A stretch of DNA of 64,000 nucleotides, taken from Octopus sinensis. Lineage: Eukaryota. The notes under the pieces are model-generated. The model was given only the letters and a program-made list of their open reading frames with translations, had not been told where the DNA came from and made no database searches. Shown piece after piece: positions 1-14,188 of the stretch. A program made the translations under genes and the position numbers. The stretch spans positions 64,666,001 through 64,730,000 of the forward strand of contig NC_043006.1 in NCBI RefSeq assembly GCF_006345805.1, given 5' to 3'. The stretch's first letter is position 1; each line of letters begins with the position of its first letter.

Positions 1-3
1 ACC

Positions 4-156
4 TTAGGTTTCACACCTATAAAGGGATTAGCTTTATGGCGTAACATCAGATCCCAGAACCAGTTGGCTAAAGGCCTCTCTAGCGAAGCGAGCCAACGGA
101 TTTTGGGATCTTATGATACGCCATACAGCTAAGCCCTTTACGGATGTGAAACCTAA
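4..156. repeat. 66-bp-arm imperfect hairpin with 21-nt loop
   Basis: 4-69 versus the reverse complement of 91-156: ungapped, about 10 mismatches. Confidence 0.95.
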
Positions 157-264
157 TGTAATCCCCCAAACCGGCCCTCTCTAACTTTAATATATACATA
201 CATGCATACATACATACATACATACATACATACATACATACATACATACATACATACATAACAT

Positions 265-328
<64 letters not shown>

Positions 329-748
329 GGGGGGAGAATTCACACATAATTGCTTGTTTTTAAGGTTATCTCTACAGATATTCTATAGAACTTAACATCC
401 AGCACTAATTTTTGCTACAACGTTTCGTATTGAGAATTAGTAAAAAAGTAAGTCCTGCGGTCGGTTTCTTCGACAAAACACCCTTTAAGGTCGTGCTCCA
501 GCATGGCCGCAGTCAAATGAATGAAACCAGTAAAAGAAGAACAGGAAATAAGTAAATAAATAAAAGAATAAATGAAATTTATCTTGTTATGCAAATACAA
601 CATACTATAAAGTATACTAAATGTTTTCATAAGTCAGTACCACGTTCTGTTTACATCTGACGTCTTAATACGAAACATTGGTTTATCCAATATCTTAATA
701 TTGCTGTATGTGGTGGCTATATAAGCAATGTGTTCGGAGGAGGCAATA

Positions 749-816
749 GTGGGTTAGATGAGTGCTGAAGAAAGGGTAATAAACCCTGAAACATGGCATA
801 TACACTCATTACCCAC
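749..816 (+). ncRNA. Type I hammerhead ribozyme motif, near-canonical
   Basis: Stem I gtgggt(t)a(g)atgagtg/cactcattacccac; core CTGAAGA 765-771; stem II AGGGT/ACCCT; GAAA 788-791; stem III A-T, C.A mismatch, A-T, T-A with GGC loop; cleavage site after A802. Confidence 0.7.
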
Positions 817-1086
817 TTCTGTCTCCGATCTCATTGTTTGTTTACATCTGACTTCTCGATACGAAACGTTGTCGCAAGAATCAGTACTGGCTATAATTTT
901 TGTAGTATATCTGTAGAAATAACTTTAAAAGTAGTGTAACAAGCACGGCTGACGCAGTAGGACGTGGTACTGACTTTAGTATACTTCATTGTATAGTGTA
1001 TTTGCATAACGGAGTGCCACGTACCTACAAACTTTTAATCACTGCTTGTGTATGAGTGTTTGCATGTGTTTGTTTGTTTGTTTGTT

Positions 1087-1127
<41 letters not shown>

Positions 1128-1358
1128 TGTGTGTGTGTATGTGTGTGTGTGTATGGATTAATAAAGATACGTCTATACTCGTTTATCACGGTTGTTTGGT
1201 TAAAAAAATAATACACCGTGTTAAGTAACTCAGCGCTAAACGAATAATAAATCATATGGGAATATTTTCCCATATGATTTTGTTCTGCAAGTCCCCGAGT
1301 TTTCTTGAGCATTGTGGATGGTCGCTGGGGAGCTCTTTGGCAGTATTCTTGTAAAATT

Positions 1359-1622
1359 AAGGGTTTCTCAACCATTTTTTGTCTATGGTCCCATTTGATT
1401 CCTGTTTTATTCGATGGACCCTCATCGATATTTAAAAATTCTGTTGTGTGTTTATAGATAAACATCATTAGAAATTGTATTAAAAAAATTGTCAAGATAT
1501 TTTGTCTATTGTAGATGTATAACCAATTTATTGCGGATAAATTTTATCAACAAAATCTTATATGGACGCCCAAGGGCAATATGGCCGCCGAAGGCGGTAT
1601 GGATCCCGGTTGAGAATCACTG
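1359..1622. mobile_element. hAT-type MITE
   Basis: Ends resemble CAG(T/G)GGTTCTCAACC / GGTTGAGAATCACTG. The related copy at 21214-21419 is in the opposite orientation. Confidence 0.7.
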
Positions 1623-2999
1623 TAATAGTTGCTCCTCATCCGTCTTTCTGTTCTTTTATCGTTTTATCCTGTTACGTGTTTTGGTCATTAGACTGCGGCC
1701 AAGCTGAGGCACCTCTAAAAGAAATTTAGTCGAATGCACAGACCTATTACTTTTTATAAACCAGATACTTATTCTATCGCTGTCTTTTGCGATACACACC
1801 AACGAATACAGAACGTATACACACCAACACAAGCTGTCAAGCAATGGTGGGGTACAAACACACTCACATACACACACACACACAAATAATAATTGTTGAG
1901 AGGTTTCTCTCAGCACAAAACCAATGGTAGCCTTCTTAAGCTACAAATAAAGAGTATTTAACCAGCAATGCGGTGTTGAGCACTCATTCTCACTGTTTAA
2001 TTAATATTAGAGCATGTGTGTATGTATACAACGGGCTTCCACACAGTTTCCGTTTATGATATTCACATGGCATTGGTTGATCCAGAGTTATATATTACTC
2101 TTTACTCCTTACTCTTTTACTTGTTTCAGTCATTTGACTGCGGCCATGCTGGAGCACCGCCTTTAGTCGAGCAAATCGACCCCGGGACTTATTCTTTGTA
2201 AGCCCAATACTTATTCTTTCGGTCTCTTTTGCCGAACCGCTAAATGACGGGGACATAAACACACCAGCATCGGTTGTCAAGCAATGCTAGGGGGACAAAC
2301 AGACACACAAACATACACACACACATATATACATACATATATACGACGGGCTTCTTTCAGTTTCCGTCTACCAAATCCACTCACAAGGCTTTGGTCGGCC
2401 CGAGGCTATAGTAGAAGACACTTGCCCAAGATATATAAAAAAAAAAGCCAATTGCCTAAATGTGTCACGAATTGAGACTGAACCCGAACCGAAACAAGGT
2501 GTTTCAAAGCAAGCTCTTAATCACACAGCCAAGCTTGTGCATGTGTGTGCCGAGCATGCGCACACGGTAGCATGTTTATCTTTATCTTGAGACGCCTTCA
2601 GGCGAAGGTAACAGATTTTTCGGGTGCATAAATACTAAGAGAAGGATACGCCATTTCTAGCACACTTGAAATACTGCCAACCAGGAACAAACAGCAGAGG
2701 AAATCACAGGCATACTTCAACTTAAAAGACCAACATGACTCAATTAAAGATTCATAAATGCCATCTGTCAACAACCTCTCTTACATATTTTTGTAGTCCA
2801 CCTACATCCATCGCTAACATCATTTCATTCATGCTTCTTTCTACTTAACTGACGATTCTTTGCAGTAACTCCAGGCTTCTTTCTTTCTTTCATTCTTTCC
2901 TTCTTTCTTTCTCTCTTCCTTTCGCCTTTTCTTTCTTTGTCTTACATGTAATATAAACAACATCAGCATGTGTGTGGTATGTATATCATATATATATAT

Positions 3000-3033
<34 letters not shown>

Positions 3034-3054
3034 GATATATATATATACATGTAC

Positions 3055-3085
<31 letters not shown>

Positions 3086-3148
3086 ATGTATGTGATGTAT
3101 GTATGTATGTATGTATGATGTATATATGTATATGTATATAATATATAT

Positions 3149-3194
<46 letters not shown>

Positions 3195-3454
3195 ACATAT
3201 ATATACATGTATATACATAAACGCACCCTCACACACGTTTACATTATACATATAAACATACATATATGATACATATCTATATTATATACATCATATATAG
3301 CGTAATATAATTTATATCATGTCATATATATACTATATATGTAGAAATATACTACATACATGCATATATACATATATAAATAAATACATATGTACATATA
3401 GATATACATACATATTCATATATATATATACTTATATATTAATATATATATTTA

Positions 3455-3493
<39 letters not shown>

Positions 3494-4076
3494 TATATAT
3501 ATATACACATATGTGTATATATGTATGTATACATATGTATGCGTGTGTATGTGTGTGTGTGTGTGTGTATAACCGCTTTTCACTTCTACAAAACTTTCCT
3601 GCTCCTACACATCATAAATACGTCGTATATTTTCTTCCCTATCATTCTTTCTCTACTACTTCTGTATTTATGCATGCGAGTATATTTTTATCTTTACATA
3701 TACACAGGCACATACATGCATACATACACACGACTCCCACTACATACACACGACTCCCACATACATTTACCCATAGACCGTCCGATACCCTTTGAAGTTG
3801 TCTGGTTTAAAATCCTGGCTCGCCGCCATTGTGCATCAGTCTTACCGGTTGAATTGTTAACTTGATTGGCGGAGAAGACAAAATACTGTCCACTCGGACA
3901 ACTCTCAACCGTTTAGACCTCTTTCTGAACGCAGTGTACTCCCGACACACACACACACATATGGATGCTTAGAGTGTATAAAGTGTAGAGCATAATATCA
4001 AAGTGCTCAGTACACGCTTGAGATAAAGTGTAGAGAGTTCATTATTCATGGATAAAATTGTCTGTCTGTCTGCTTC

Positions 4077-4124
<48 letters not shown>

Positions 4125-4375
4125 AAGTGTGTGCATGTGCGTGTCTGTGCGTGGGTGCATGTGTATTATGTGTGCGTGTGTGTGTGTATGTGTGTTGTGT
4201 GTGTGTGCGTGTTTATGCAAGCTTGCTGGGAGGTGTGCATATGTGTAATGTAGTGGTTTGCAATCTCATCCTGGGGCGAGTGTTGCGAAAATCATACTCG
4301 GTAGTGTTATGTAGTATGCAATAATATTGTTCATTCATGTGTGTGTATGTGTTCGTATGTATCTATGTATGAGTG

Positions 4376-4820
<445 letters not shown>

Positions 4821-5371
4821 TAGACAAACAGAGAGACAGATAGATACACACACATACATATATACATACGATAGCGGTATATCAAATACGATACAACAAA
4901 TTTTTGAGGTACATTCAAATTATCTCCGAGATTCGTTCATATTACCAAACGGTAATCAAGACCAACATTTGAGAATGAGAGATAATCACAAGAATCAAGG
5001 CTTCTCGAAAACGTACATGTCACAAAAGATAAAGACAGACTTATTATCTGGAATAAGAGGATAGTTTCTGACTCATCAGACGTCATCAGCACGACAATTA
5101 TCCCACCTTCTCCCCAGTGCACATTTGAGATATCTATATATATACTCTTTTATTCGTTTATTGGTTTCAGTTATCCGACTGCGCCTATACTGGAGCACCG
5201 CTTTTACTCGAACAAATCAGCCCAAAATTTGTTCTTTGTAAGCGTAGTACTTATTCTATCGGTATCTCTTGCCGAAACGCTAAGTTACGGGGATGCAAAC
5301 ACATCAACATCGGTTGTCAAGCAATGGTGGGGGGACAAACACAGACACACAATCATATGCACACACACACA

Positions 5372-5444
<73 letters not shown>

Positions 5445-5477
5445 TACTCGTGCGATACCCCACAAACTCAACTTTTT

Positions 5478-5508
<31 letters not shown>

Positions 5509-5599
5509 TATATAAATATATGCATATTATACATACTTATATGTACATAACCTACATATATATATACACACATGCATATATGGGTACAGGACATCAAAA

Positions 5600-5900
5600 A
5601 ACCTAGACAAAATGAGAAACGAGAACATAAAAAACAAAAACATGGAAAACGAACTCTTTTTCGAACAACGAAAGAAACAAACAAACAGAGAAACGAGACA
5701 GGCAACATAAAGAACATTCCCTTCAGCAGGTGTCCATTGTTGTATCTACTCCACGTTACGAAGGTAGGGACAAGACGCGACTTCGTTAAAACAGTCCTTC
5801 CCGCAAAGCAAATTAAATAAGATTTGAGATTTTTGCGGAGGGTGAAAGTGGTAACAAAAACAGGACAGTGAGAACAAAACAGTAAAAACAAACGGTGAGG
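5600..5900. repeat. Dispersed repeat present three times (5600-5900; 8390-8710 inverted; 31720-31970)
   Basis: Shared block such as ccttcccgcaaagcaaattaaataa..gagatttttgcggagggt. Each copy sits next to TA/CA microsatellites. Confidence 0.8.
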
Positions 5901-6002
5901 GCTGTTAAGCCATAACGGGGTGAAGTAGTGAACGCTGGAAAAGTGAGCTTTGAAAAGAGACAGGTCTTGTCTTTAGGAAGGAAGTGGAAGAAAGAAAGAT
6001 GG

Positions 6003-6343
6003 ATAGCCGTTGGTCATGTGTGAGCAACAGGAGAGTCAAGGAGGAAGAGTGAGGGAGAGAGAGGGAACGGGGAAGGGGAGGGGAGAAGAATAGGGAAAGG
6101 GTGGGAGAGAAAAACAAAGGAAGATCGAACGCCTCGCATCTATTTCCAAGTAAGTTTTATCTTAATTACGATGCGCACTCTTAATCTATCTCTATTCTTT
6201 CTATCTATCTCCCTCTCTTCTTCTTCCTTTCTGTTTTTCTCTCCCACCCTTTCCCTATTCTTCTCCTCTCCTCTTCACCGTTCCCCCTCTCTCTCTCACT
6301 CTTCCTCCTTGACTCCCTCATTGCTCACACGTGATCAATGGCT

Positions 6344-6345
<2 letters not shown>
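6003..6345. repeat. About 120-bp-arm inverted repeat
   Basis: 6003-6123 matches the reverse complement of about 6217-6345 (atagcc.ttg.tca.gtgtgagcaa...gggaaagggtgggagagaaaaac). Confidence 0.9.
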
Positions 6346-6405
<60 letters not shown>

Positions 6406-6420
6406 GTAAGCAGTTGTGAA

Positions 6421-6466
6421 GACACCTGATGAAGGCTGGAGGATATATCAGCAGAAATGTTGTGTT
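6421..6466 (+). ncRNA. Minimal type I hammerhead motif (Penelope-type), decayed
   Basis: GACAC-CTGATGA-A-GGCTG...CAGC(A)-GAAA-TGTT-GTGTT. Stem I GACAC/GTGTT; the palindromic AACGTT expected in place of helix III is altered to AATGTT. Confidence 0.55.
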
Positions 6467-8280
6467 AACAACAAACAAGATGAGGACAAATATCCGTTAA
6501 ATGTAAATAATGTAAATAATGTACATAATTCTTCATCTCTTAAATATAGAACTGTATTTTCAAAATTAATGCGGTATGTCGGCAATAGAGGCTTCCCATT
6601 TGCTGAAATTACTTCATTTTAAATGCTTGTAGCTTTTTTGCTATTAGTTTATTTAAAAAGTTAATTTGATTTTGGCCAGTGGCAAAACAGCATCGGTGTA
6701 AAACATTTTAAAAGATTCTGGTAGAGAGAAAATTTTTTTTTAAATCTCTGAAAATTTTTACGGAACCCATTTGAAAAACACTTATTCTGAATAATTATGT
6801 CTTCGTCAATCAGTGTATGATTATAAAGATTTAGGAAACAATTACGATAAAAGCTATAAGTTCACTTGTGCGGTCTTCATAATTGCAGAAAAAAATATTA
6901 GTCTAGTGTGTATGCGAGTGTGTGTGTGTGCGTGTGTGTGTATGCATACGTACCTGCGTGTGTGCTTAAATGATCGCTTAATTAGCCGAGAGCAAAAATA
7001 TGCCGATACAAACTACAAACACAAAGACGCACACGCACGCACACACATACGCACATACACATACAATCTCTTTCTCTCTCTCTCTTTCTTTCTCTCTCTC
7101 TCTTTCTTTCTCCCTCTCTCTTTCTTTCTTTCTCTCTCTATTCTTTCTCTCTCTCTCTCTCTCTCTCTCATACACACACACATTTCTACCCCAGGCCTGG
7201 AATTTTGTCGGGTGGAACAAGTCAATTTCATCGGCCCAGTGCACAACTGGTATTTATATTATCGATCCTGGATAGATGAAAGGCAAAGTCGACCTCGGCG
7301 ATATTTGAATTCAGAACGTGAACCCAGACGAAATGCTACTACTTATTATGCCAAGCCGCCGCCTGCAACGGGCTTCCACACAGTTTCCGTCGACTAAATT
7401 AACTCACAATGCATTAGACCAGTGGTTCCCAAACATTTTCAGGCTACAACCCCCATGGTTCTAAGGCCACATTCCTAGTGCCTCCCCCGCATCTCACCAT
7501 CTCAGACCAAATTCAAAACAACAGTATTTCACGAATAATACTTTACCTATTTAACCCGTTATTTTATTTGTTTGTTTGTTTTTACATCCATTGCCCCATT
7601 TTGGTCATATCATTATCACCCCATTTTTCTTTCCACTGCCTCTTCTATTTGTTTCAGTTATTTTGACTGCGGCCATACTGGAGCACCGCCTTTTTGTCGA
7701 ACAACTCGACGCCAGAACTTATTCTTTGTAAGCCTAGTACTTATTCTATATGTCTTCTATTGCCGAACTACTAGCTTACGGGAACGTAAACACACCAACA
7801 TCGGTTGTCAAGAGATGGAGTGAGGCTAACACAGACGCAAAAATACATACATACACACATACATACATATATATTCTTTTATTGCTTTATTTGCTTCAGT
7901 CATTTCACTGCGGCCATGCTGGAGCACCTCCTTTAGTCAAACAAATCGACCCCAGGACTTATTCTTTGTAAGCCTAGAACTTATTCTATCGATCAATTTT
8001 GCCGAACCGCTAAGTTACGGGGACGCAAACACGCCAACATCGGTTGTCAAGCGATGAAGGACAAACACAGACACACAAATGTATACATGTATATATGAAG
8101 GGTTTCTTTCAGTTTCCGTCTATCAAATCCACTCACAAGGCTCTGGTCGGCCCGAGGCTATAGTAGAAGACATTTTCCCAAGGTGTCACGCAGTGGGACT
8201 GAACCCGGAACCATGTGATTAGGAAGCAAGCTACTTACCACACAACCACTCCTGCACCTCCACACAGCCACTCAATATAT

Positions 8281-8328
<48 letters not shown>

Positions 8329-8922
8329 AATATATGCATATACACACACACACACATAAGCTGTCTCCTTTAAGCGTTCACAATAAATTTTTCCATCGTC
8401 TTGGCTTAACAGCCCTCATCGTTTGTTTTTACTGTTTTGTTCTTGTTACCACTTTTACCCCCTGCAAAAAATTCCCAATTTTATTTAATTTGCTTTGCGG
8501 GAAGGATTGTTTCAACGAAATCGCGTCTTGTCCTGACCTTCGTAACGCGGAATAGATGAAACAGGGACAACTGAAGAAGGGGAATATTCTTTGTGTTGTA
8601 TGTCTTGTAGTCTGTTTTTTTTTTTTCGTTGTTTGAAAAACAGTTCGTTTCTATGTTTTTGTTTTTATGTTTTCGTTTGTCATTGTGTTCCACGTTTTTT
8701 TTATGTCCTGTTCCCATACATGCATGTATATATGCATATATATAAAGGTATGTACATATATGTATGTATATATGCATATATTTATATTATATTATATTAT
8801 ATATTATATTATATATATATACTGACACACACACACATGAAACTTTATTAGAAATTTAACTTTTTGGACCCCTAAAAATTTCAAAATGTTCTACTTGAAC
8901 TAAACCTTTCTCTCCCTCCCCC

Positions 8923-8988
<66 letters not shown>

Positions 8989-10120
8989 TATAGTAGAAGA
9001 CACTTGTCTAAAGTGCCACGCTGTGGGACTGAACCCAGAATCACACAGCCACTCCTGCGTCTATAGTAGAAGATATTTGCTCTAGGTGTCGCGCGATGAG
9101 ACTGAACTGGAAACCACGTTGTGGAAAAGCAATCTTCTTAACTACACAACAATGCCTGTGCTTCTTGTGTTATGTAACTATGATCCCGTAGATACACTTT
9201 CACAATTGAATACGCTCAGGTGCCTCTGTAGGTGGTGCGAACAGGAAGTAAGGTGGGGGTATGAAGGAATAACTCAATGTAGGTTGTCACCAACTAGAAA
9301 CCACAGCAACAAACTTCAAAATACAAACAAATGCGCACATTGTTCATAGTCTTGCTAGACGCACTTCACCTTTGAGACATTCTCACAAGATAAGATAGCT
9401 TAGTTAGGTCATTTACAGAACACACTCGTACGCATGCGCATGTGGCATGTGATGTGTGTGTTTGTGTGTGTGTGTGCGCGCGCGCGAGCTCGTGTGACTA
9501 GTTAACAAATGATATGCCGTAAGTGATATTATCAAGGTGTGCCGTGGAATTTTTAATATATAATCCAAGTCTTTAAAAAATTCAATTTAATGTTTGTGCG
9601 TCTTTCGTTTTGCAGTCACTGAACTATGTGCGGCCATGCTGGGGCACCGCCTAGAAAAGTTTAGTCGGACAAATCTACCCCCAATGCTTGTTTTATTTCA
9701 TATGTGGTACTTTTTTTGCCATTAAGTTATGGTGTTGACGTAAACAAACCAATTGTAGTTGTCAGTGATGGAAGGATGAACGCAAACACATTTATATGTA
9801 TGTATTTATGTATGTATGTATGTATGTATGTATGTATGTATGTATGTATGTATGTATGTTGTATGTATGTATGATTGTGTGCGTGTGTTTGCGCTTGTCC
9901 CCGAAACGTTAGCAGTTCGGCGCAAGAGAACGGTAGAATAAATATATTGTTTAAAAAAAAAACGCACTGGAATCGATTCTTTCGACTAAAACCTTTCAAA
10001 GCGGTTCTCCAGTACCGCTGCATTCCAATAACTAAAACAAGCAGAAGACCAAAAATATATGTAGAGAGAGAGGGAGAGTAAAAGATGGTGTGTGTGTGTG
10101 TGTGTGGTGTGTGTGTGTGT

Positions 10121-10193
<73 letters not shown>

Positions 10194-10319
10194 CGTGCGA
10201 TGTGTAAATTGTCGCATTTTTATATTTTTAATTTTGCGCATGCACATTGCTTTTTTTATTATTTTGTTGATTACACAGTATAGTAGGATCAGTTGGGCAC
10301 CGTCTGTGAGAAAAACAGC

Positions 10320-11065
10320 ACCATGACTCAAATCACTCGGCTAGAAATTTGGAAACGACATGCTGTACTGCTTAGCATCCACGCCGGAAGCTCCAATACG
10401 AACATTTTAGGGTGTTTGAGTGTGAATCTGAGGACAGTGCAGTCTGAAGTCATGCACCAAGGGTGATAAAAATCAAACATCCAGTCAATATTATGGTGTT
10501 GGGAGTGATCACTAGTAATGGCGATGTTATACCTCAATTCATCTTCCCACACGGCCTCAGACTCAACACGGAGTCCTACATCAAGTGCCTGGAGGAGGTA
10601 ATGATGCCGTGGGTCAACAGGGTGGCTGCTGGAAGACCCTGTGTCTGGCAACGGGACTCTGCACCATGCCACACAAGCAGGAGAATCCAGTCATGGCTGT
10701 CAGACAAATTCTGCGGCGATTACATCACCACTAACATCTGGACACCTAACTCCCCAAACTGCAACACCCTTGGTTATTATGTGTGGGGTACAGTTGAGCA
10801 AGAGACCAACCAAACTCCCTGTAACACCAAAGATGAACTGAAGGCAAGGATTATGGCAGTATTCACCAACTTAACAGAAGAGTTGCAGGAGATTCCGAAG
10901 TCGTCTGGAGGCCATGATTGAAGCCAATGGCGATTTTATTGAATAATTTAAGATATTTTAAAGATATTTTAATGTAATTTTGGTAAATATATCTGTTAAA
11001 ATGAGATATCAATGTTATTTTCATTTTTGTGTAATTTAGACGACAATAATTCACCGCACCCTGAT
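10320..11065 (+). mobile_element. Tc1/mariner transposon relic, DD37D (maT)-like, internally deleted
   Basis: ORF 10463-10921 carries KHPVNIMVLGVI, WQRDSAPCH and IWTPNSPNCNTLGY (third D lost; 38 residues lie between D and the G at that position). N-terminal HTH start MTQITRLEIWKRHA is joined by a deletion. TIR-like end caccgcaccctg near 11054-11064. Confidence 0.85.
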
Positions 11066-11134
11066 TCTTCTAGTTTGTGCCCCAATATGGTCGCAGTCTA
11101 AATGACTGAAACTGGTGAAAGATAAGTGATATAT

Positions 11135-11173
<39 letters not shown>

Positions 11174-11706
11174 CGCGTGCGTCTTTGTGGCTGTTTATCT
11201 TATTCACCACTTCCCAACCGGTGTTGGTTTGTTAACATCCCTGTAATTTAGCAGTTCGGCAAAAGCGACCGATGAAATTAAGTACCAAACTTAAAAAATA
11301 AGTTCTTGGGACGATCTGTTCGGTTAAAGCCGTTCAAGGTGGTGCCCCTGCATGGCCGCAGTCAAACGACGAAAACAAGTTGAGGATAAAACAATGTCTA
11401 AGTATTACATTATTCAGTGTGTGTCCACTTACGAGTCTCGAACCAGGTATTTGGTGATTGCCAGTAGAATGACAGTATCACCGGCTACAAGATGCTAAAA
11501 ATAAGCAAGAGAAAACAGCAGCAGCAACATCAGTCGGATGTCGCAGTAGCAATAACAGCGTCACCGGCAATATTTAGCGTCACCATGCGGAGGCGGTAAA
11601 CATCTCCGTCACTTTGAGTTGTCGCTGTGGCCATCGTCTTCGTCGTTGTCGTTTTCTGTTGTTGCTCTCTCTCCTTCCTAATCGAACATGTCTGATCCAC
11701 ATATCA

Positions 11707-11771
<65 letters not shown>

Positions 11772-12949
11772 TGTAAAAGGTCAACTCTATCACAACAGGC
11801 GGTTCTGGGTCAGCTTGACATTATTGTCCCAACTACACACTCGCACACGCTCACAAACACGTCTGTTTATATGAACTTATTTACCTATATTTCTATAAAT
11901 CTTTGTTCTTTCTGTGTGTGTGTGTTTACAGGTGTGGCTGTGTGGTACGTAGCTTGCTTACCAGCCACATGGTTCCGGGTTCAGTCCCACTGCGTGGCAC
12001 CTTGGTCAAGTGTCTACTACTATAGCCTCGGGCCGGCCAAAACCTTGTGAGTGGATTTGGTAGACGGAAACTGAAAGAAACCCGTCGTATATATGTATAT
12101 ATATGTGTTTGTGTGTCTGTGTTTGTCCCCCCAACATCGCTAGACAAACGATGCTGGTACGTTTACGTCTCCGTAAATTAGCGGTTCGGCAGAAGAGACC
12201 GATAGAATAAATACTAGGCTTACAAAGAATAAGTCATGGGGCCAATTTGCTCGACTAAAGGCGGTGCTCCAGCATGACCGCAGTCAAATGACTGAAACAA
12301 GTAAAAGAGTAAAAGAGAGTTTCAGTCATTCGACTGCGGCCATGCTGGTGCACCACTTTGAAGGATTTAGTCGGGCGAATCGACTCCTAGTAAAAAATTT
12401 CCGAGTCTGGTATTTTATTCGATCATCTTGTTTTGCCGAAACTGCTAAATCACAGGGATATAAATAAAGCAACACCAGTTGTCAATAGGTAGTGGAGGAC
12501 GAACGCAAACACACTAACCCACACATATGTATATTCGTTCCACTATACATATGTGTGTGTTGTGTGCGTGCGTGTGTTTACTCCCCCTCTCTCACACACA
12601 TATACATACGTGCACATACATAGGCATACATGCTTACATATTTTTTGTAGTGCACCTGAGCACTGTACACAATTATTATTATTATTATATATGCATACAT
12701 ACACACACACACACACACACATATATATAGCAAGTGAATTGGGGTATACAACCCTAGTGTTTATAACATGAAGCACTTCAACAGATATCGCATACCTCAA
12801 ATTATCTGAAAATCTACAAAATATCCATAGAATATATATAATGACATATATCGAAGAATCGAATTAGCAAATCACTTTAATACATAGTTTACAATCGTTT
12901 CATCAATCTTGCGAAATGTTACCATGTTGCCGACATGGTTACAGCGATA

Positions 12950-13860
12950 CGCAAGGTTGGCTATATTGAATAATAATGAGACGATTGTAAATGAACTATT
13001 AAAATCATTTCCTCACTCTGTTCTTTAATATTTGGTTGGAATGTTTCAGTTGTAGAGAAGGCTAAAAAATATTTTAAGCATCGGACATTATAAGGATATT
13101 GCAGTTCATTCAAGAGGTTCAATATATTATCGATGCTGATTCCAGGAAAACATCAATGAGGGCCATCGCCAAGAAACTTCGGGTATTACAGGTACTATCA
13201 GAAATGTGGTGTTCGGGAATATTCGACACAAGTCGAATATACTGAGGAGAGGCCAATTCATGTCTGAAATAACAGATGGTTATGTACAGATCCTTCTGAT
13301 GCTCACTAAAATTCCAGCAACTGCGAAGGCTTTATGCGTGGTGGGTAACGAAGGTCATGTCATGCCACTTCATATCTTTCCACACGGTTTTAGAACAAAT
13401 GCTGCTGGATACGGTGAGGTACTGAAGACAATTATTAAACTTTGGATAGATGAAGAATGCACTTGAATACCAGACCCAAGAATGGATGTCAGACAATCTG
13501 TACTATCATAAAGCACCAACATTGTGGTCTCGTCAAATTTAAATCCCATGGACAACTACATTTAAAATGTTGGAAGGGAGATTAATCGACATCCTCATAA
13601 TACCATAGCTTCACAGAAGGCGACCATTGTCCAGGTGATGTCCGAAGTTAATGGCGACCATTTAGTGCAGGCATGTCAACAATTCCAGTCTTTTACTGAA
13701 GCAGTCGTCGAAACTGAAGGCGGATTCTTAGAATAATCTGATAAAAAAAAAAAAGCTTATCAAGAATATGTGCTTAAATTTTAATTAAAATTCATTTCGT
13801 TTTGGCTAGATTAGCTTTGTTTTATTAAATTATCAAATATGTTCTCAAATACCTCTCGCA
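12950..13860 (+). mobile_element. Second maT/mariner-like transposase relic
   Basis: Broken frames give SMRAIAKKL, ILRRGQFMSE, VVGNEGHVMPLHIFPHGFRTNAAGY, REINRHPHNTIAS and EAVVETEGGFLE. Confidence 0.75.
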
Positions 13861-14017
13861 ACGTGTATATATATATATGTATGCGTGTGTGTGTGTGTGT
13901 ATTTATAGGTTTTTTCTATTTGGTTTGCAAGATTCTACTTGTGAACTCGTTTGTTGAAACAATTTTTTTACTGGAGTTATGACACTTCTAAGATACAATA
14001 CACGCGCACGCTGACAC

Positions 14018-14093
<76 letters not shown>

Positions 14094-14102
14094 GTAGGTA
14101 GG

Positions 14103-14188
<86 letters not shown>

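Noticed and set aside
1249-1280. Perfect 14-bp hairpin
   Set aside because: Short and AT-rich, with no associated feature; bacterial-style terminator logic does not apply here.
5060-5095. Double CTGATGA followed by GAAAC on the minus strand
   Set aside because: No convincing stem II or stem III could be drawn.
11480-11634. UGA read-through giving ...ATSD-U-CCCCCFLLLIF (selenoprotein idea)
   Set aside because: The Cys run comes from a (TGC)n repeat, and no SECIS-like element was identified.
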